NCBI GenBank assembly: GCA_029887795.1
Contig: JARXPE010000003.1
Span: forward strand, 28,600-92,599
Source of the DNA: Thermoproteota archaeon
GTDB taxonomy: Archaea > Thermoproteota > Methanomethylicia > Methanomethylicales > Methanomethylicaceae
Direction: 5' to 3'
DNA: 64,000 nucleotides
The position numbers were made by a program, and so were the translations under genes. The notes under the pieces are model-generated. The model had not been told where the DNA came from and ran no database searches. It worked only from the letters and a program-made list of their open reading frames with translations. Below, in pieces: positions 50,203-59,758 of this stretch; position 1 is the first letter of the stretch; every line of letters starts with the position of its first letter.

Positions 50203-51026
50203 AAGTTCGACGTGCGAAAGATTTTATCATTAAACTCATATCGACACTAGTAACTTTGTTAATTGCAGTTCCACTATTGTGGATAATTTTTGATGTAGTT
50301 ATAAAAGGGGCTTCTGCCTTAAGTTTAGAGTTTATCACTTCCCTTCCAGCACCATTTGGAGAGACCGGTGGTGGTATTGGGAATGCCATAATAGGAACCT
50401 TAATAATAAATACCATGGCCTGCATAATTGGGCTTCCATTAGGAATTGCTACTGGTATATACCTGTCAGAATACAGCAATGGCAGCAGAATTTCGGCACT
50501 GCTTAGAACCGCTATAGACACTCTTTCAGGAATACCTTCGATCATCCTCGGTCTTTTCGCATTCTCTATCATTGTTATCAGGGTGGGACATTACACCGCT
50601 CTTGCTGCGGCTTTTGCTCTTTCTATTATAATGATTCCTGTGGTTTCTAAAGCGACTGAAGAGGGGATGAAAACGGTTTCCATTGATATACGTGAGGGTG
50701 CGATAGCCCTAGGTTTACCTAAGTGGATAATTACTACAAAGATTGTTTTAGGTATAGCCAAGAGCAGCGTAATCACCAGCAGTCTATTAGCATTCGCCAG
50801 AATCAGCGGCGAAACAGCTCCGCTGCTTTTCACATCCCTATTCAGCTATTATTGGCCTAGGGGTATAAATGAGCCAATGGCCAGCCTCCAAGTTTTAATT
50901 TATAATTATGCGATGAGTGGCTTCGAATCCTGGGTAGTTAAAGCATGGGGTGCGTCTTTGCTTTTGCTGCTGCTTGTGCTTTCAATAAATATTCTAGTCA
51001 GAAGATTTTCAACAAAGGTGGTATGA
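50199..51026 (+). CDS. pstA: Phosphate ABC transporter permease PstA
   Basis: Transmembrane permease with ...ARISGETAPLLF loop; 4-nt overlap with pstC. Confidence 0.85.
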   Translation: MKVRRAKDFIIKLISTLVTLLIAVPLLWIIFDVVIKGASALSLEFITSLPAPFGETGGGIGNAIIGTLIINTMACIIGLPLGIATGIYLSEYSNGSRISALLRTAIDTLSGIPSIILGLFAFSIIVIRVGHYTALAAAFALSIIMIPVVSKATEEGMKTVSIDIREGAIALGLPKWIITTKIVLGIAKSSVITSSLLAFARISGETAPLLFTSLFSYYWPRGINEPMASLQVLIYNYAMSGFESWVVKAWGASLLLLLLVLSINILVRRFSTKVV

Positions 51027-51785
51027 ATGTCTGAGAATAAGCTTAAAGTCGAAAGTTTAAGTGCTTGGTTCTACGAAAAGCAAGTGCTTAATCAAGTATC
51101 TTTGGATTTTCCAGACAAGAAAGTTATCGCGATAATAGGGCCATCTGGTTGTGGGAAAACCACCTTTATTAGATGTTTAAATAGAATGCATGAGTTGACA
51201 CCAGGGGCTAAAGTAAAGGGTAGGGTAGTTTTGGACGGGAAGGACATATACACTGAAATGGATGCCATGGAGGTAAGGAGAAAAATTGGCATGGTCTTCC
51301 AAAAACCAAACCCCTTCCCCAATATGTCCATTTATGACAATGTTGTAGCTGGTTTAAAATTGATGGGCATTCGTGATAAGAATTTATTGGATAAGGTAGT
51401 TGAGAGTAAGCTCAGAGAAGTTGGTTTATGGGATGAAGTTTCCGACGACCTAAAAAGGTCTGGCGCTCAGTTATCGGGTGGACAACAGCAGCGACTCTGT
51501 ATAGCTAGGGCCCTCGCAACCGATCCAGAAGTTTTGCTAATGGATGAGCCAACTTCATCGCTTGATCCTTCCTCAACAGCAAAAATAGAGAGTCTTGTTA
51601 GGGTTCTAAAAAATCATGCTACAGTGATCATAATAACTCACAACGTACAGCAGGCGGCTAGAGTATCAGATTACACTGCTTTTCTCTATCTTGGAGATCT
51701 AATCGAATTTGGTGAGACTAAAAAAGTCTTTGAATCTCCAAAGAACCCCTTAACTGAGAAATATGTTACTGGGAGGTTTGGCTAA
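51027..51785 (+). CDS. pstB: Phosphate ABC transporter ATP-binding protein
   Basis: [35 protein letters not shown]. Confidence 0.9.
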   Translation: MSENKLKVESLSAWFYEKQVLNQVSLDFPDKKVIAIIGPSGCGKTTFIRCLNRMHELTPGAKVKGRVVLDGKDIYTEMDAMEVRRKIGMVFQKPNPFPNMSIYDNVVAGLKLMGIRDKNLLDKVVESKLREVGLWDEVSDDLKRSGAQLSGGQQQRLCIARALATDPEVLLMDEPTSSLDPSSTAKIESLVRVLKNHATVIIITHNVQQAARVSDYTAFLYLGDLIEFGETKKVFESPKNPLTEKYVTGRFG

Positions 51786-52414
51786 TGGAACCAAATATGG
51801 AAATATATGTCAAAAAAATCAATTCCACACTACTCGAGATGACTGAACTTATTGAGAATATAGGTGACTACGTAAAAGCCGCATTAGAGGAAAAGAAAGG
51901 CGGGCTCCTGCCATTGACAACAGAGATGTGCAAGGCAGCTCAATTAAAAGAAGAAAAAGTATTAGAAATTTGCGTTGAAGCTCTTATAAGAATGCAACCT
52001 TTTGCCTCAGACCTGAGAACTCTCACAACATCCATGAAAGTAGCATATGACATTTCAAGGATTTGCAGGTATTTGAGAAATATTATCGAGGTTATGGAAG
52101 AGTTCAACATATCTGAATGTGATGTCGGGGATGTACTACCATTATTGAAAGATGCTAGGGCTATGGTGACTTCAAGCATTAGCTCCTACATAAATAGAGA
52201 TCTTAAAACAGCAAAGGATCTAATAAAGGCAGATGACTCGATCGATCAAAGATATAGGACAATTTTGAGAAAACTTGCTACTGGAGAGTTCAACGGAACA
52301 TGCATCCTTTTCAATGGATTAACTGCGAGGATAATCGAACGTATGGCAGATCATGCGTGCTACATCTCATATGAAACTATCTACTTGGTAACTGGAAACA
52401 GGGTCGAGTATTAA
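51785..52414 (+). CDS. phoU: Phosphate transport system regulator PhoU
   Basis: Two PhoU helical repeats (DLRTLTTSMKVAYDISRICRY / ERMADHACYIS); ATG overlaps the pstB stop by 1 nt. Confidence 0.8.
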   Translation: MEPNMEIYVKKINSTLLEMTELIENIGDYVKAALEEKKGGLLPLTTEMCKAAQLKEEKVLEICVEALIRMQPFASDLRTLTTSMKVAYDISRICRYLRNIIEVMEEFNISECDVGDVLPLLKDARAMVTSSISSYINRDLKTAKDLIKADDSIDQRYRTILRKLATGEFNGTCILFNGLTARIIERMADHACYISYETIYLVTGNRVEY

Positions 52415-52421
52415 ATGGGTT

Positions 52422-52826
52422 TCAGGCTTGCCTAGGTCTGGGTCTCATGACCCTGAACCTGACACTATTTATCTCTCCCTTTAGGAGCTTTTCGACGTCC
52501 TCTGAAAACGCTATAAGATTGATGTTGACCATCACAAATCTTCCGTCCCTCGATCTCCTTAACCTAATGGTGCCCTGCGTATTTTTCTGGGAATTATACC
52601 TGCTTTGGGTCGACGTCTGCCCCCCGGAAGGAGCGACGCCGCTCACTTGTCCTCCTTTCTGACCACGTGTCTCCAGAGTAACTCCGAGCTCCATTGCCTT
52701 ATACTTAACGTCTTCATAAGAATCTTCTGGAACGTCCCAAGCTTTGATCTCTGGGTTCCACCTTCCCCCGACCGATTTTATATATTCTGCGAGCTCTGGA
52801 TTATATTTCGAGGATACTAACACCAT
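52422..52826 (-). CDS. Small protein: DUF5710-like N-terminal domain, Gly/Ser/Gln-rich linker, basic beta-rich C-terminus
   Basis: AEYIKSVGGRWNPEIKAWDVPED resembles the ...LGARWD...K.W.VP motif found at the N-termini of plasmid/phage primases. Start at the internal ATG behind GAGGA; the track's longer ORF overlaps the neighbouring HD gene. Confidence 0.4.
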   Translation of the reverse strand: MVLVSSKYNPELAEYIKSVGGRWNPEIKAWDVPEDSYEDVKYKAMELGVTLETRGQKGGQVSGVAPSGGQTSTQSRYNSQKNTQGTIRLRRSRDGRFVMVNINLIAFSEDVEKLLKGEINSVRFRVMRPRPRQA

Positions 52827-52998
52827 AATTAGTCCTCGATTTTTCTTTATAATTTGGGATATATATACTACCCTCAAGAAATTTTGCATTTTATAACCTT
52901 TGTTAATCCCATCAATTTTCCTCGTATATGAAATCGATGTGTGCCCTTCTGCGATACAGTTAAAACTTTTTAAAAATATAAATAACGAGGTGAACTCG

Positions 52999-53550
52999 TT
53001 GGACACAAAAGTCGTGACCGAGACTGTCAGGATTCTCAAAAACATTCCTAGGACTGGTTGGCTCCAGCGGGGAATACCGCCCTCTATAGCAGAGACCGTT
53101 GCAGAACATTCTTTCGAGGTGAGCTCAATACTTGCGACCGTTGCTATGCATGCGGGAGATATTTTGGACAACAAAAAATTGCTACTAATGGGGATCATTC
53201 ATGACTGGGGAGAATCCGTGGCAGGTGATATTCCCCGTTCGCTCACTAGAAAAATAGGCAAGGAGACGAAAAAAGTTACAGAAAAGCGAATAATGCAGGA
53301 GCTATCATCGATTAGTGGTTTCCCTGAACTCTTCAAACTATTTGAGGAATACGATGAACAAAGAACCCAAGAATCCATCGTTACAAAAGCTGCTGATTTG
53401 ATTGCGACTCTAAGGCAGGCTTTAGAATACGCAAAGATGAACTACCGCGTAGATGACATAATAGATAGCTGTCAAAAAGAGTTAGACGAGATCATGAAAG
53501 GGATAAAAGATGAATCCATAATTAGCATACTCAGGAGTTTGACCCTTTGA
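52999..53550 (+). CDS. HD-domain phosphohydrolase (YfbR-like 5'-deoxynucleotidase family)
   Basis: H...HD...D motif (VAEHSFEVS...IIHDWGESVAGD). TTG start behind a GAGGTGA ribosome-binding site. Confidence 0.6.
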   Translation: MDTKVVTETVRILKNIPRTGWLQRGIPPSIAETVAEHSFEVSSILATVAMHAGDILDNKKLLLMGIIHDWGESVAGDIPRSLTRKIGKETKKVTEKRIMQELSSISGFPELFKLFEEYDEQRTQESIVTKAADLIATLRQALEYAKMNYRVDDIIDSCQKELDEIMKGIKDESIISILRSLTL

Positions 53551-53606
53551 TCCGTTTGGAAATTAAATCTAAATTTTATAATAATTGGTCTTTAAACACA
53601 AACTTG

Positions 53607-54575
53607 CTAATCCATCGATTTTAAAAATTCCACCACTGCGTTCAAGAATTCTTCTGGTCTTTCTTCATGGGGAATGTGCCCACATTCATCAATTCTCACA
53701 AGGTAAGCGCTTGGTATTTCTTTCGCGAGCCGCTCTGCATAAGAAGGGGGAATTATTTTATCCTCGGTTCCAGTAATTATCAAAACTGGCACTGAAATTT
53801 TGCTCAAGTTATCCGACAATCTAAGATCCCTAGAAGCTAATGTATACTGCCAGAGCGCATAGTCCCAGTTCTCAGCCATGAGGGGCCTGCGGTAACCCTC
53901 TATTATATCTGGGGTGATCTTGGAATCATTGTACCACGCCAAGTATATGGTGTTTATACCACTATCGCCAGCTATGCTCCTAACCAGAAGTGGTCCCAAT
54001 CTTTGGAATTGGGGCAGATATTGAAAAATTCCTACAAACCAAGGGGCTCCCCCTCCATAAACAGCAGCGTCTTCCAAAATCAGGGCAGAAACCCTGTCTG
54101 GATGCCTGTAATATGTCAGTAACGCTACAGCCCCTCCAGCAGAGTGTCCCAAAATTATTGCCTTATGAATGCCTAGCCCGTCCATCAAACCTACTGCCAA
54201 ATCTGCCGCAAATTCATTAGTGTAGGGGTTAATCCCTTCCCAATTCTCGAGCAAAGGTCTCTCGGTAAAGCCAAAAGCTGGTCTGTCAAAAGCTATGACA
54301 GTTCCATACTTTGAGAGGTCTTTAATTATTGGATCGAAGGAGAATAGATATGCGCCAAAACCGTGCATGAGGATTATTGCGGGCTCTCCAGAACCATAAA
54401 TTTTGTAATGCACATTCAAACCATTAACAATCATAAACTTACTGTCTTCCTTTCCTAGTCTATCTGATGGAAACGTTCCTGGGATTTCTGGGATCGGAAT
54501 CAAGTAGGGAACAACAAAAAATATAAACAAAAATGAAGTCAGCCCGATGATTATTATTTTCCTCTTCTTATTCAT
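53607..54575 (-). CDS. Alpha/beta-hydrolase fold protein with N-terminal membrane anchor
   Basis: Nucleophile elbow GHSAGG; HGFGAY oxyanion region; N-terminal transmembrane helix. Confidence 0.7.
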   Translation of the reverse strand: MNKKRKIIIIGLTSFLFIFFVVPYLIPIPEIPGTFPSDRLGKEDSKFMIVNGLNVHYKIYGSGEPAIILMHGFGAYLFSFDPIIKDLSKYGTVIAFDRPAFGFTERPLLENWEGINPYTNEFAADLAVGLMDGLGIHKAIILGHSAGGAVALLTYYRHPDRVSALILEDAAVYGGGAPWFVGIFQYLPQFQRLGPLLVRSIAGDSGINTIYLAWYNDSKITPDIIEGYRRPLMAENWDYALWQYTLASRDLRLSDNLSKISVPVLIITGTEDKIIPPSYAERLAKEIPSAYLVRIDECGHIPHEERPEEFLNAVVEFLKSMD

Positions 54576-54578
54576 ACT

Positions 54579-55844
54579 TCAACCCGTCTTTCCTTGCGTG
54601 GACTCCAACAACTCCTTCGCCCTAGAAATTCTAATAGTTCTCTCTTTTACCATTTGCTCCGCGATCTTATCCACAAGATCGCCTGCAGCCCCTGCCATTA
54701 TGGCTATGTTTCTAGCATGAAGCTCCATATGCCCTCTCTGTATCCCCTCTGTGGCGAGAGCCCTCAGAGCTGCAAAGTTCTGAGCCAATCCAACAGCACA
54801 GGCAACCTCTGCTAATTCGTTGGCAGTTCTTACCCCAAGTATTTTTAGGCTAAGCTGAGCAACAGGGTGCGTCTTCGTTGCTCCTCCCACTATGCCCAGC
54901 GCTATAGGGACTTCAAGTTCTCCCACAAGGTCACCGCTAGAATTTTTGTACCACCTCGATAGTGGCAAATACCTTCCCGTGAGAGATGCATATGCATGAG
55001 CGCCCGCCTCTATTGCCCTAGTGTCATTTGTGGTTGCCAAAGTAACCGCCGTTATACCATTCATTATTCCTTTGTTATGAGTGGTCGCCCTATAGGGGTC
55101 ATAATACGCGAATTTATAGGCTTTCACAATATTGTCAACAACTTCTTCTCCGCCAATGTTCTCCTTTTTGTACAACACTGTGGCTTTGACCATCCTCTCC
55201 GTGGCAAGGTTGGACAAGATCCTCAATAGAACTCTTCCCTGTACTATCTGCTCGACCTCTGGAGCTATTCCTTCTAAAATCGTATTAACGGTGTTTGCAC
55301 CCATCGCATCCCTACAGTCCACGAAGAACTCTACCACCATCATACTATCCTCTGGCGGTCCAACAATTCTAACTCCTAGGTCCTTAACTCCGCCCCCTAT
55401 TTTGGGTAGTATGTCAGCAAATCGGTTTGCTTTTTTGACAAGCTCACCTTTGAATTTTAAAATTCTATTCTTTGCCTCCTCCAGATCCTTGACCTGCAAA
55501 ATTTGTAATTGCCCTCTCATCACCGGCGGGGTACTTTTCGCCGTGAACCCCTCTGGAAGCGCGAGCTTTGCCGCGTGACTCGCCGCGGCAACCACCGAAG
55601 GTTCTTCAGTTGCCATTGGTATCAGATAGTCCTTCCCATTGATTCTGAAGTTAGTTGCAATCCCTAGCGGGATCTGTATCGTTCCTATTACATTCTCGAT
55701 CATTTTGTCTGCCAGTGAGATTTCAAGTCCGCAATCCAAGACCTTCAATTCCTCCTCAGAGAGTCCTGTTCGCTCGACGAGTACCTTCCTTCTCTCCTCT
55801 ATGGACATCTTGTAAAATCCTGGTATTCTGGAATCTGTTACCAT
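54579..55844 (-). CDS. hmgA: HMG-CoA reductase, class II (bacterial/Archaeoglobus type)
   Basis: IENVIGT, EEPSVVAAASHAAKLA, DAMGANTVNT, ATHNKGIMNGI, ATEGIQRGHMELHARNIA match class-II HMGR blocks nearly throughout. Confidence 0.85.
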   Translation of the reverse strand: MVTDSRIPGFYKMSIEERRKVLVERTGLSEEELKVLDCGLEISLADKMIENVIGTIQIPLGIATNFRINGKDYLIPMATEEPSVVAAASHAAKLALPEGFTAKSTPPVMRGQLQILQVKDLEEAKNRILKFKGELVKKANRFADILPKIGGGVKDLGVRIVGPPEDSMMVVEFFVDCRDAMGANTVNTILEGIAPEVEQIVQGRVLLRILSNLATERMVKATVLYKKENIGGEEVVDNIVKAYKFAYYDPYRATTHNKGIMNGITAVTLATTNDTRAIEAGAHAYASLTGRYLPLSRWYKNSSGDLVGELEVPIALGIVGGATKTHPVAQLSLKILGVRTANELAEVACAVGLAQNFAALRALATEGIQRGHMELHARNIAIMAGAAGDLVDKIAEQMVKERTIRISRAKELLESTQGKTG

Positions 55845-56531
55845 TTAGTTAACCCCCAGGTTTTTTAGCACCTCTATGACACCTTTCCCGTTATCTTCCT
55901 GGCATATAATGTCTGCCATCTTCTTCAGTTCTGGCACAGCGTTACCTACTGCTACCCTAATGTCTGCGATCTCAAATAATGGCATATCGTTAATCTCGTC
56001 TCCAATAGCCATCAACCTGCCTCCGCCAAGATTAATCGCGGCAATTTTTGCCCCCCTTCCTTTGTTCCAACCAGCTGGCAAAATCATGTACCCATCCTTA
56101 TTGAAGTCAATAAAAATTTCATTTTGAAGTCCACGGTCTATAATTATACTCTCCAACAAAGCAGCGTCTCTCCTATCCCCAAATATTATGACCGTCCCCT
56201 CTTTGAACTTAATACCCTCCTCCTGAAGCGTTTTTACCAAATCTTTCTTTGTATCTAGCCATTCGCTACCAACCAAAACTTCCTTTCTATTACCCCTTTC
56301 TGTAATGAGAATTGTACCATTTTCAACAACTAGCGAATCGAAGATCTTCACAACGTCCTTGTCAGGTATATCTTCAAACAACCTCCCTGTGGCGAGTATC
56401 TTCTTTTGAGTGATTTTGATTAAAAATTCCTTAACCTCATCAGATATTTTAAAGCCTAAATCCTCACTCGCAATAGTTCTATCGTAGTCCATCACTATCA
56501 AATCTAAATTGATCTTCAAATTTTTGCACAA
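55845..56531 (-). CDS. HAD-superfamily hydrolase (Cof/SPP-like subfamily IIB)
   Basis: Motif I IVMDYDRTI; C-terminal GDEINDMPLF motif IV. Confidence 0.65.
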   Translation of the reverse strand: MCKNLKINLDLIVMDYDRTIASEDLGFKISDEVKEFLIKITQKKILATGRLFEDIPDKDVVKIFDSLVVENGTILITERGNRKEVLVGSEWLDTKKDLVKTLQEEGIKFKEGTVIIFGDRRDAALLESIIIDRGLQNEIFIDFNKDGYMILPAGWNKGRGAKIAAINLGGGRLMAIGDEINDMPLFEIADIRVAVGNAVPELKKMADIICQEDNGKGVIEVLKNLGVN

Positions 56532-56548
56532 GCCTCAAACACCTTAAC

Positions 56549-57805
56549 CTAAACGCCATCACCAAGTAGCCTCTTGTAGAGGGCTAAATGATCTCTTGCT
56601 CCTCTCTCAGCAGAGAAGAGCTCATCATAAATCTTTTTGCTCTCCTTGCCCATCATCCTTGCTCTCTTTTCATCCGATAACACATATTCTAAAGCCTCTG
56701 CTAAACTATTCGCGTCCTCGGGAGGTACCAAAAATCCATTTACTCCTGGCCATATCTGCGCAGGGATACCTCCCACACTCGTCCCTATTACGGGTTTTCC
56801 AAATGCCATTCCCTCCGTTATAGCAAGCCCGAATCCCTCCTGAAGTGATGGAAGAACAACAACATCACACGCCTTTAGTGCCGCCATCAAGAGCTCCCTT
56901 TTTATAGCACCCGTAAATATCACTTTGTCTTTCAAGTCTTTACATGAGACCATCATCTGCAATTCGTTGTAATAATCTTCCTTATCTTTGATCTTCAAAA
57001 CTTCTTTGCTCAGAGATCCGTTTCCCACAAAGACGAGTTTGTACTTTAACTTCAGTTTAGAAACCGCCTCTATCAGGATGTTCTGCCCTTTCAGCCTGTC
57101 TATTCTCGCAACGCAGAGTATTAACTTCTCATCTTCTGAGATGTCGTAGGCCTTTCTGAAGTCTATGTTCGAGTCCTCGACCTCTATGAATGGGGGGATG
57201 CATGTAACCTTGCTCCACGATAATCCAGACTTCAGCGCCGAATTTACATAAGCCTTCGTCGAAAAAATGGAATTTGCATACTCTTTTAAATATTCAACCA
57301 CAAATCTTCTCCATCCCGACTCGACCTCATCGATAAAAGGTATGTGCCATGTAAATAGTATGGGGACTCTCAAATCTCTCAACAACCATCCTAAAGGCAT
57401 TAACTGAAAGTCGTGCACATGAATAATGTCTGGGCGCTCCTTCTGATAAACCTCCCTAACCCTATCCTGAAAGTACAAATTTACGCCCATATAACCATTA
57501 AAACCATAAACATGTTTGTTGTAGAGGCGATCAATTGGAACATTCTTACCATGAAATACCTTGAGGATCAACTCCTTGAATTCTGTGTATTCCTTCACCA
57601 TCCCCTCTGGAAAGCCTCTGGTACGGGGGACTCGATAAATATTAAAACCCTCGATTTGTTCTTCAGGGGGCAATTTAGGTGTTCGAAGATTAACAAAAAC
57701 TGCATCATGTCCTTTTTCCCTCAACTTTCGCGACAGCCAAATGAGGTAATAGGATACCCCTCCTGTGCTCGGAAAAAAAGACTGGCTAACATAAAGGATC
57801 TTCAC
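56549..57805 (-). CDS. Glycosyltransferase family 4 (GT-B fold)
   Basis: N-terminal GT4 domain plus C-terminal EX7E-like ...PSLQEGFGLAITEGMAFGKPVI. Confidence 0.8.
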   Translation of the reverse strand: MKILYVSQSFFPSTGGVSYYLIWLSRKLREKGHDAVFVNLRTPKLPPEEQIEGFNIYRVPRTRGFPEGMVKEYTEFKELILKVFHGKNVPIDRLYNKHVYGFNGYMGVNLYFQDRVREVYQKERPDIIHVHDFQLMPLGWLLRDLRVPILFTWHIPFIDEVESGWRRFVVEYLKEYANSIFSTKAYVNSALKSGLSWSKVTCIPPFIEVEDSNIDFRKAYDISEDEKLILCVARIDRLKGQNILIEAVSKLKLKYKLVFVGNGSLSKEVLKIKDKEDYYNELQMMVSCKDLKDKVIFTGAIKRELLMAALKACDVVVLPSLQEGFGLAITEGMAFGKPVIGTSVGGIPAQIWPGVNGFLVPPEDANSLAEALEYVLSDEKRARMMGKESKKIYDELFSAERGARDHLALYKRLLGDGV

Positions 57806-57848
57806 TCATATCACCCTGAAGTTCAAAAATCCTATCATGTTCCCAATA

Positions 57849-59477
57849 TTATGCGATTTGCTTCAATAATATTGCTTCTTGCAAACTGTTAATTCCTCCC
57901 ACCTCTTTTAAAATACTTATTCCTTCTAGAATTCTATTCCTGTTTCTCTTACTCAATATATCAAAAACCTCCCTTGCCTCAAAAAGTATTACGGATAAAA
58001 CCTCCCAACTTCCAAAAACTGCCTCCGTAATCTCTCTGTTGAGACCAACATCTTTAAACTCTTCAGCTTTTTTGAAACCTTTCAAAACGATTGGCGGCTC
58101 AATGAGATAGAGTTTATCATTTTTAAAAGTTACAAAATAAGGGATGTATAGAAGTTCTACGTCATTACCCAATTCTACGCCTTTCCAAATATAGTTTTTT
58201 AATACTTTCAACTCTGATTCCAACGATTTTATGGTGCTTTCTGAAAGGTCTTTGAATTTTTTGTACTCGAATTTCAACCTGTCCTCTCTTGCACGCAAAT
58301 TACAAAGAGCTTTTTCACGCTCAGCCAACAGGGAATTCAATTCATTGATCATCACTCCTCTTTTTATCACAAGCTCCCTCCTTACCTTTCTCAGTTCAAG
58401 ATCTTCTTTGGATGGTACGATTCTTTCCTCCTCCTTGAGCCTCGATATTTTATTTTGCACCTCCTCAACTCTCTTGAGGATTCTCTCCCTCTGTTCCTGA
58501 AGTTGTAAAAGAGTTTCCTTGTATGTACTTTCATTTTTTTTGTTTACTTCAATCGATCTCTCACAATCTTCAAGATCTTTAATGATGCTTCTAATTTTGT
58601 CAAATTTCTCGCTACCCTCTTCGACCCTCTTCTTTTCAATGGAAAGTTTTTCTTTTTTAGCCTCGATCCTTGCAATTTTTTCTCTTATTTCATTAACCTC
58701 TTTCTTTATTTTTTCCATTTTGCTGTCTACTTCATTGAGTTCGTCCATTAAATTTTTAACCAAATTTTCAAGACTCTTTCGTTCGTTCTTTAGCGAATCC
58801 TTATGTTTATGGAATTCCTCCCTGATCTTTTTCAGTTCCTCGTTCTCACTTGCAGTCAGTAGACCCTCGATCTGAATATTTTTATCCGTAATTTTTTTCT
58901 CGTATTCCTTGTTTATTCTCATACACTCTTCTTGAATTTTTTTAAGGTCTTCCTTTAACTTCAACCCTTGGCTCTCTAACGATGACCTTACATTATCTAA
59001 ATACTCCTCCAAAGATTCATAAATTCTCACGACTTCTTTTGCAATAGAAATTGCCTCCTCTCTGGTCAGGATATGTGGCGCAGCGTATCCATCTTGAATC
59101 TTTTCTTCGACCGTGCTTCCCATCCACCTTAAAAGTTTTTCATTTCCGATCAAGGGTAAATTGTAGATTTTTGAAGAGAGAACTCCATACTCCTCGTGAA
59201 GTTCTATAACCTCTCCGATCCTCACACCATGAACTCCCATACCATCGATGGGAATGACATATTTCCCCTCGCGAACAAGGTAAATTGGATAATAGACCTT
59301 ATACAGGGAATCAACTCTTTCCAACCTATCCTCGCTTATAAATCCCACTAGGCTCCTCCATCTTTTCCCTAGGATTCCCATGGCTTCTAGTAGCGCTAGT
59401 ACGTCCCCAGCTTGGGGGGGAAGTGCCCTCAAATTTCCGTCTTTTTCAACACTGAATCCAAAATTCATGAGCCTCAA
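57849..59477 (-). CDS. Large coiled-coil protein, uncharacterised
   Basis: 542 aa; a central stretch of about 330 aa is heptad-rich Glu/Lys/Leu coiled coil, flanked by globular ends. Confidence 0.45.
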   Translation of the reverse strand: MRLMNFGFSVEKDGNLRALPPQAGDVLALLEAMGILGKRWRSLVGFISEDRLERVDSLYKVYYPIYLVREGKYVIPIDGMGVHGVRIGEVIELHEEYGVLSSKIYNLPLIGNEKLLRWMGSTVEEKIQDGYAAPHILTREEAISIAKEVVRIYESLEEYLDNVRSSLESQGLKLKEDLKKIQEECMRINKEYEKKITDKNIQIEGLLTASENEELKKIREEFHKHKDSLKNERKSLENLVKNLMDELNEVDSKMEKIKKEVNEIREKIARIEAKKEKLSIEKKRVEEGSEKFDKIRSIIKDLEDCERSIEVNKKNESTYKETLLQLQEQRERILKRVEEVQNKISRLKEEERIVPSKEDLELRKVRRELVIKRGVMINELNSLLAEREKALCNLRAREDRLKFEYKKFKDLSESTIKSLESELKVLKNYIWKGVELGNDVELLYIPYFVTFKNDKLYLIEPPIVLKGFKKAEEFKDVGLNREITEAVFGSWEVLSVILFEAREVFDILSKRNRNRILEGISILKEVGGINSLQEAILLKQIA

Positions 59478-59758
59478 TTTTTTATCCCTGCGGCATAACC
59501 TTGATCTTCCGCGATTATTAACCTTTTACTTTAGTATTATTAATCATCATTTCACACTAGCTTTCGATATATGATTATAAATTTATTTAGACAGAGCCTT
59601 ATGAAATCCAGAAAATTGATCGCTAGAAGTTTAAAATTTGGATCGAAATTTTTTTAAGTCCCAATATATACAAAAATCATGTCACTTCTAGGATTCTCTC
59701 TTTTTTTATGAGATTTTCCTGGGAGTTATAGAAATCTGCTATTGGTTGTTGGTTTCAG

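Noticed and set aside
52422-53198. 258-aa minus ORF and 216-aa plus ORF (52900-53550) overlapping by about 300 bp
   Set aside because: Both are over-extended by alternative start codons. Internal starts with ribosome-binding sites give non-overlapping genes (52422-52826 and 52999-53550).
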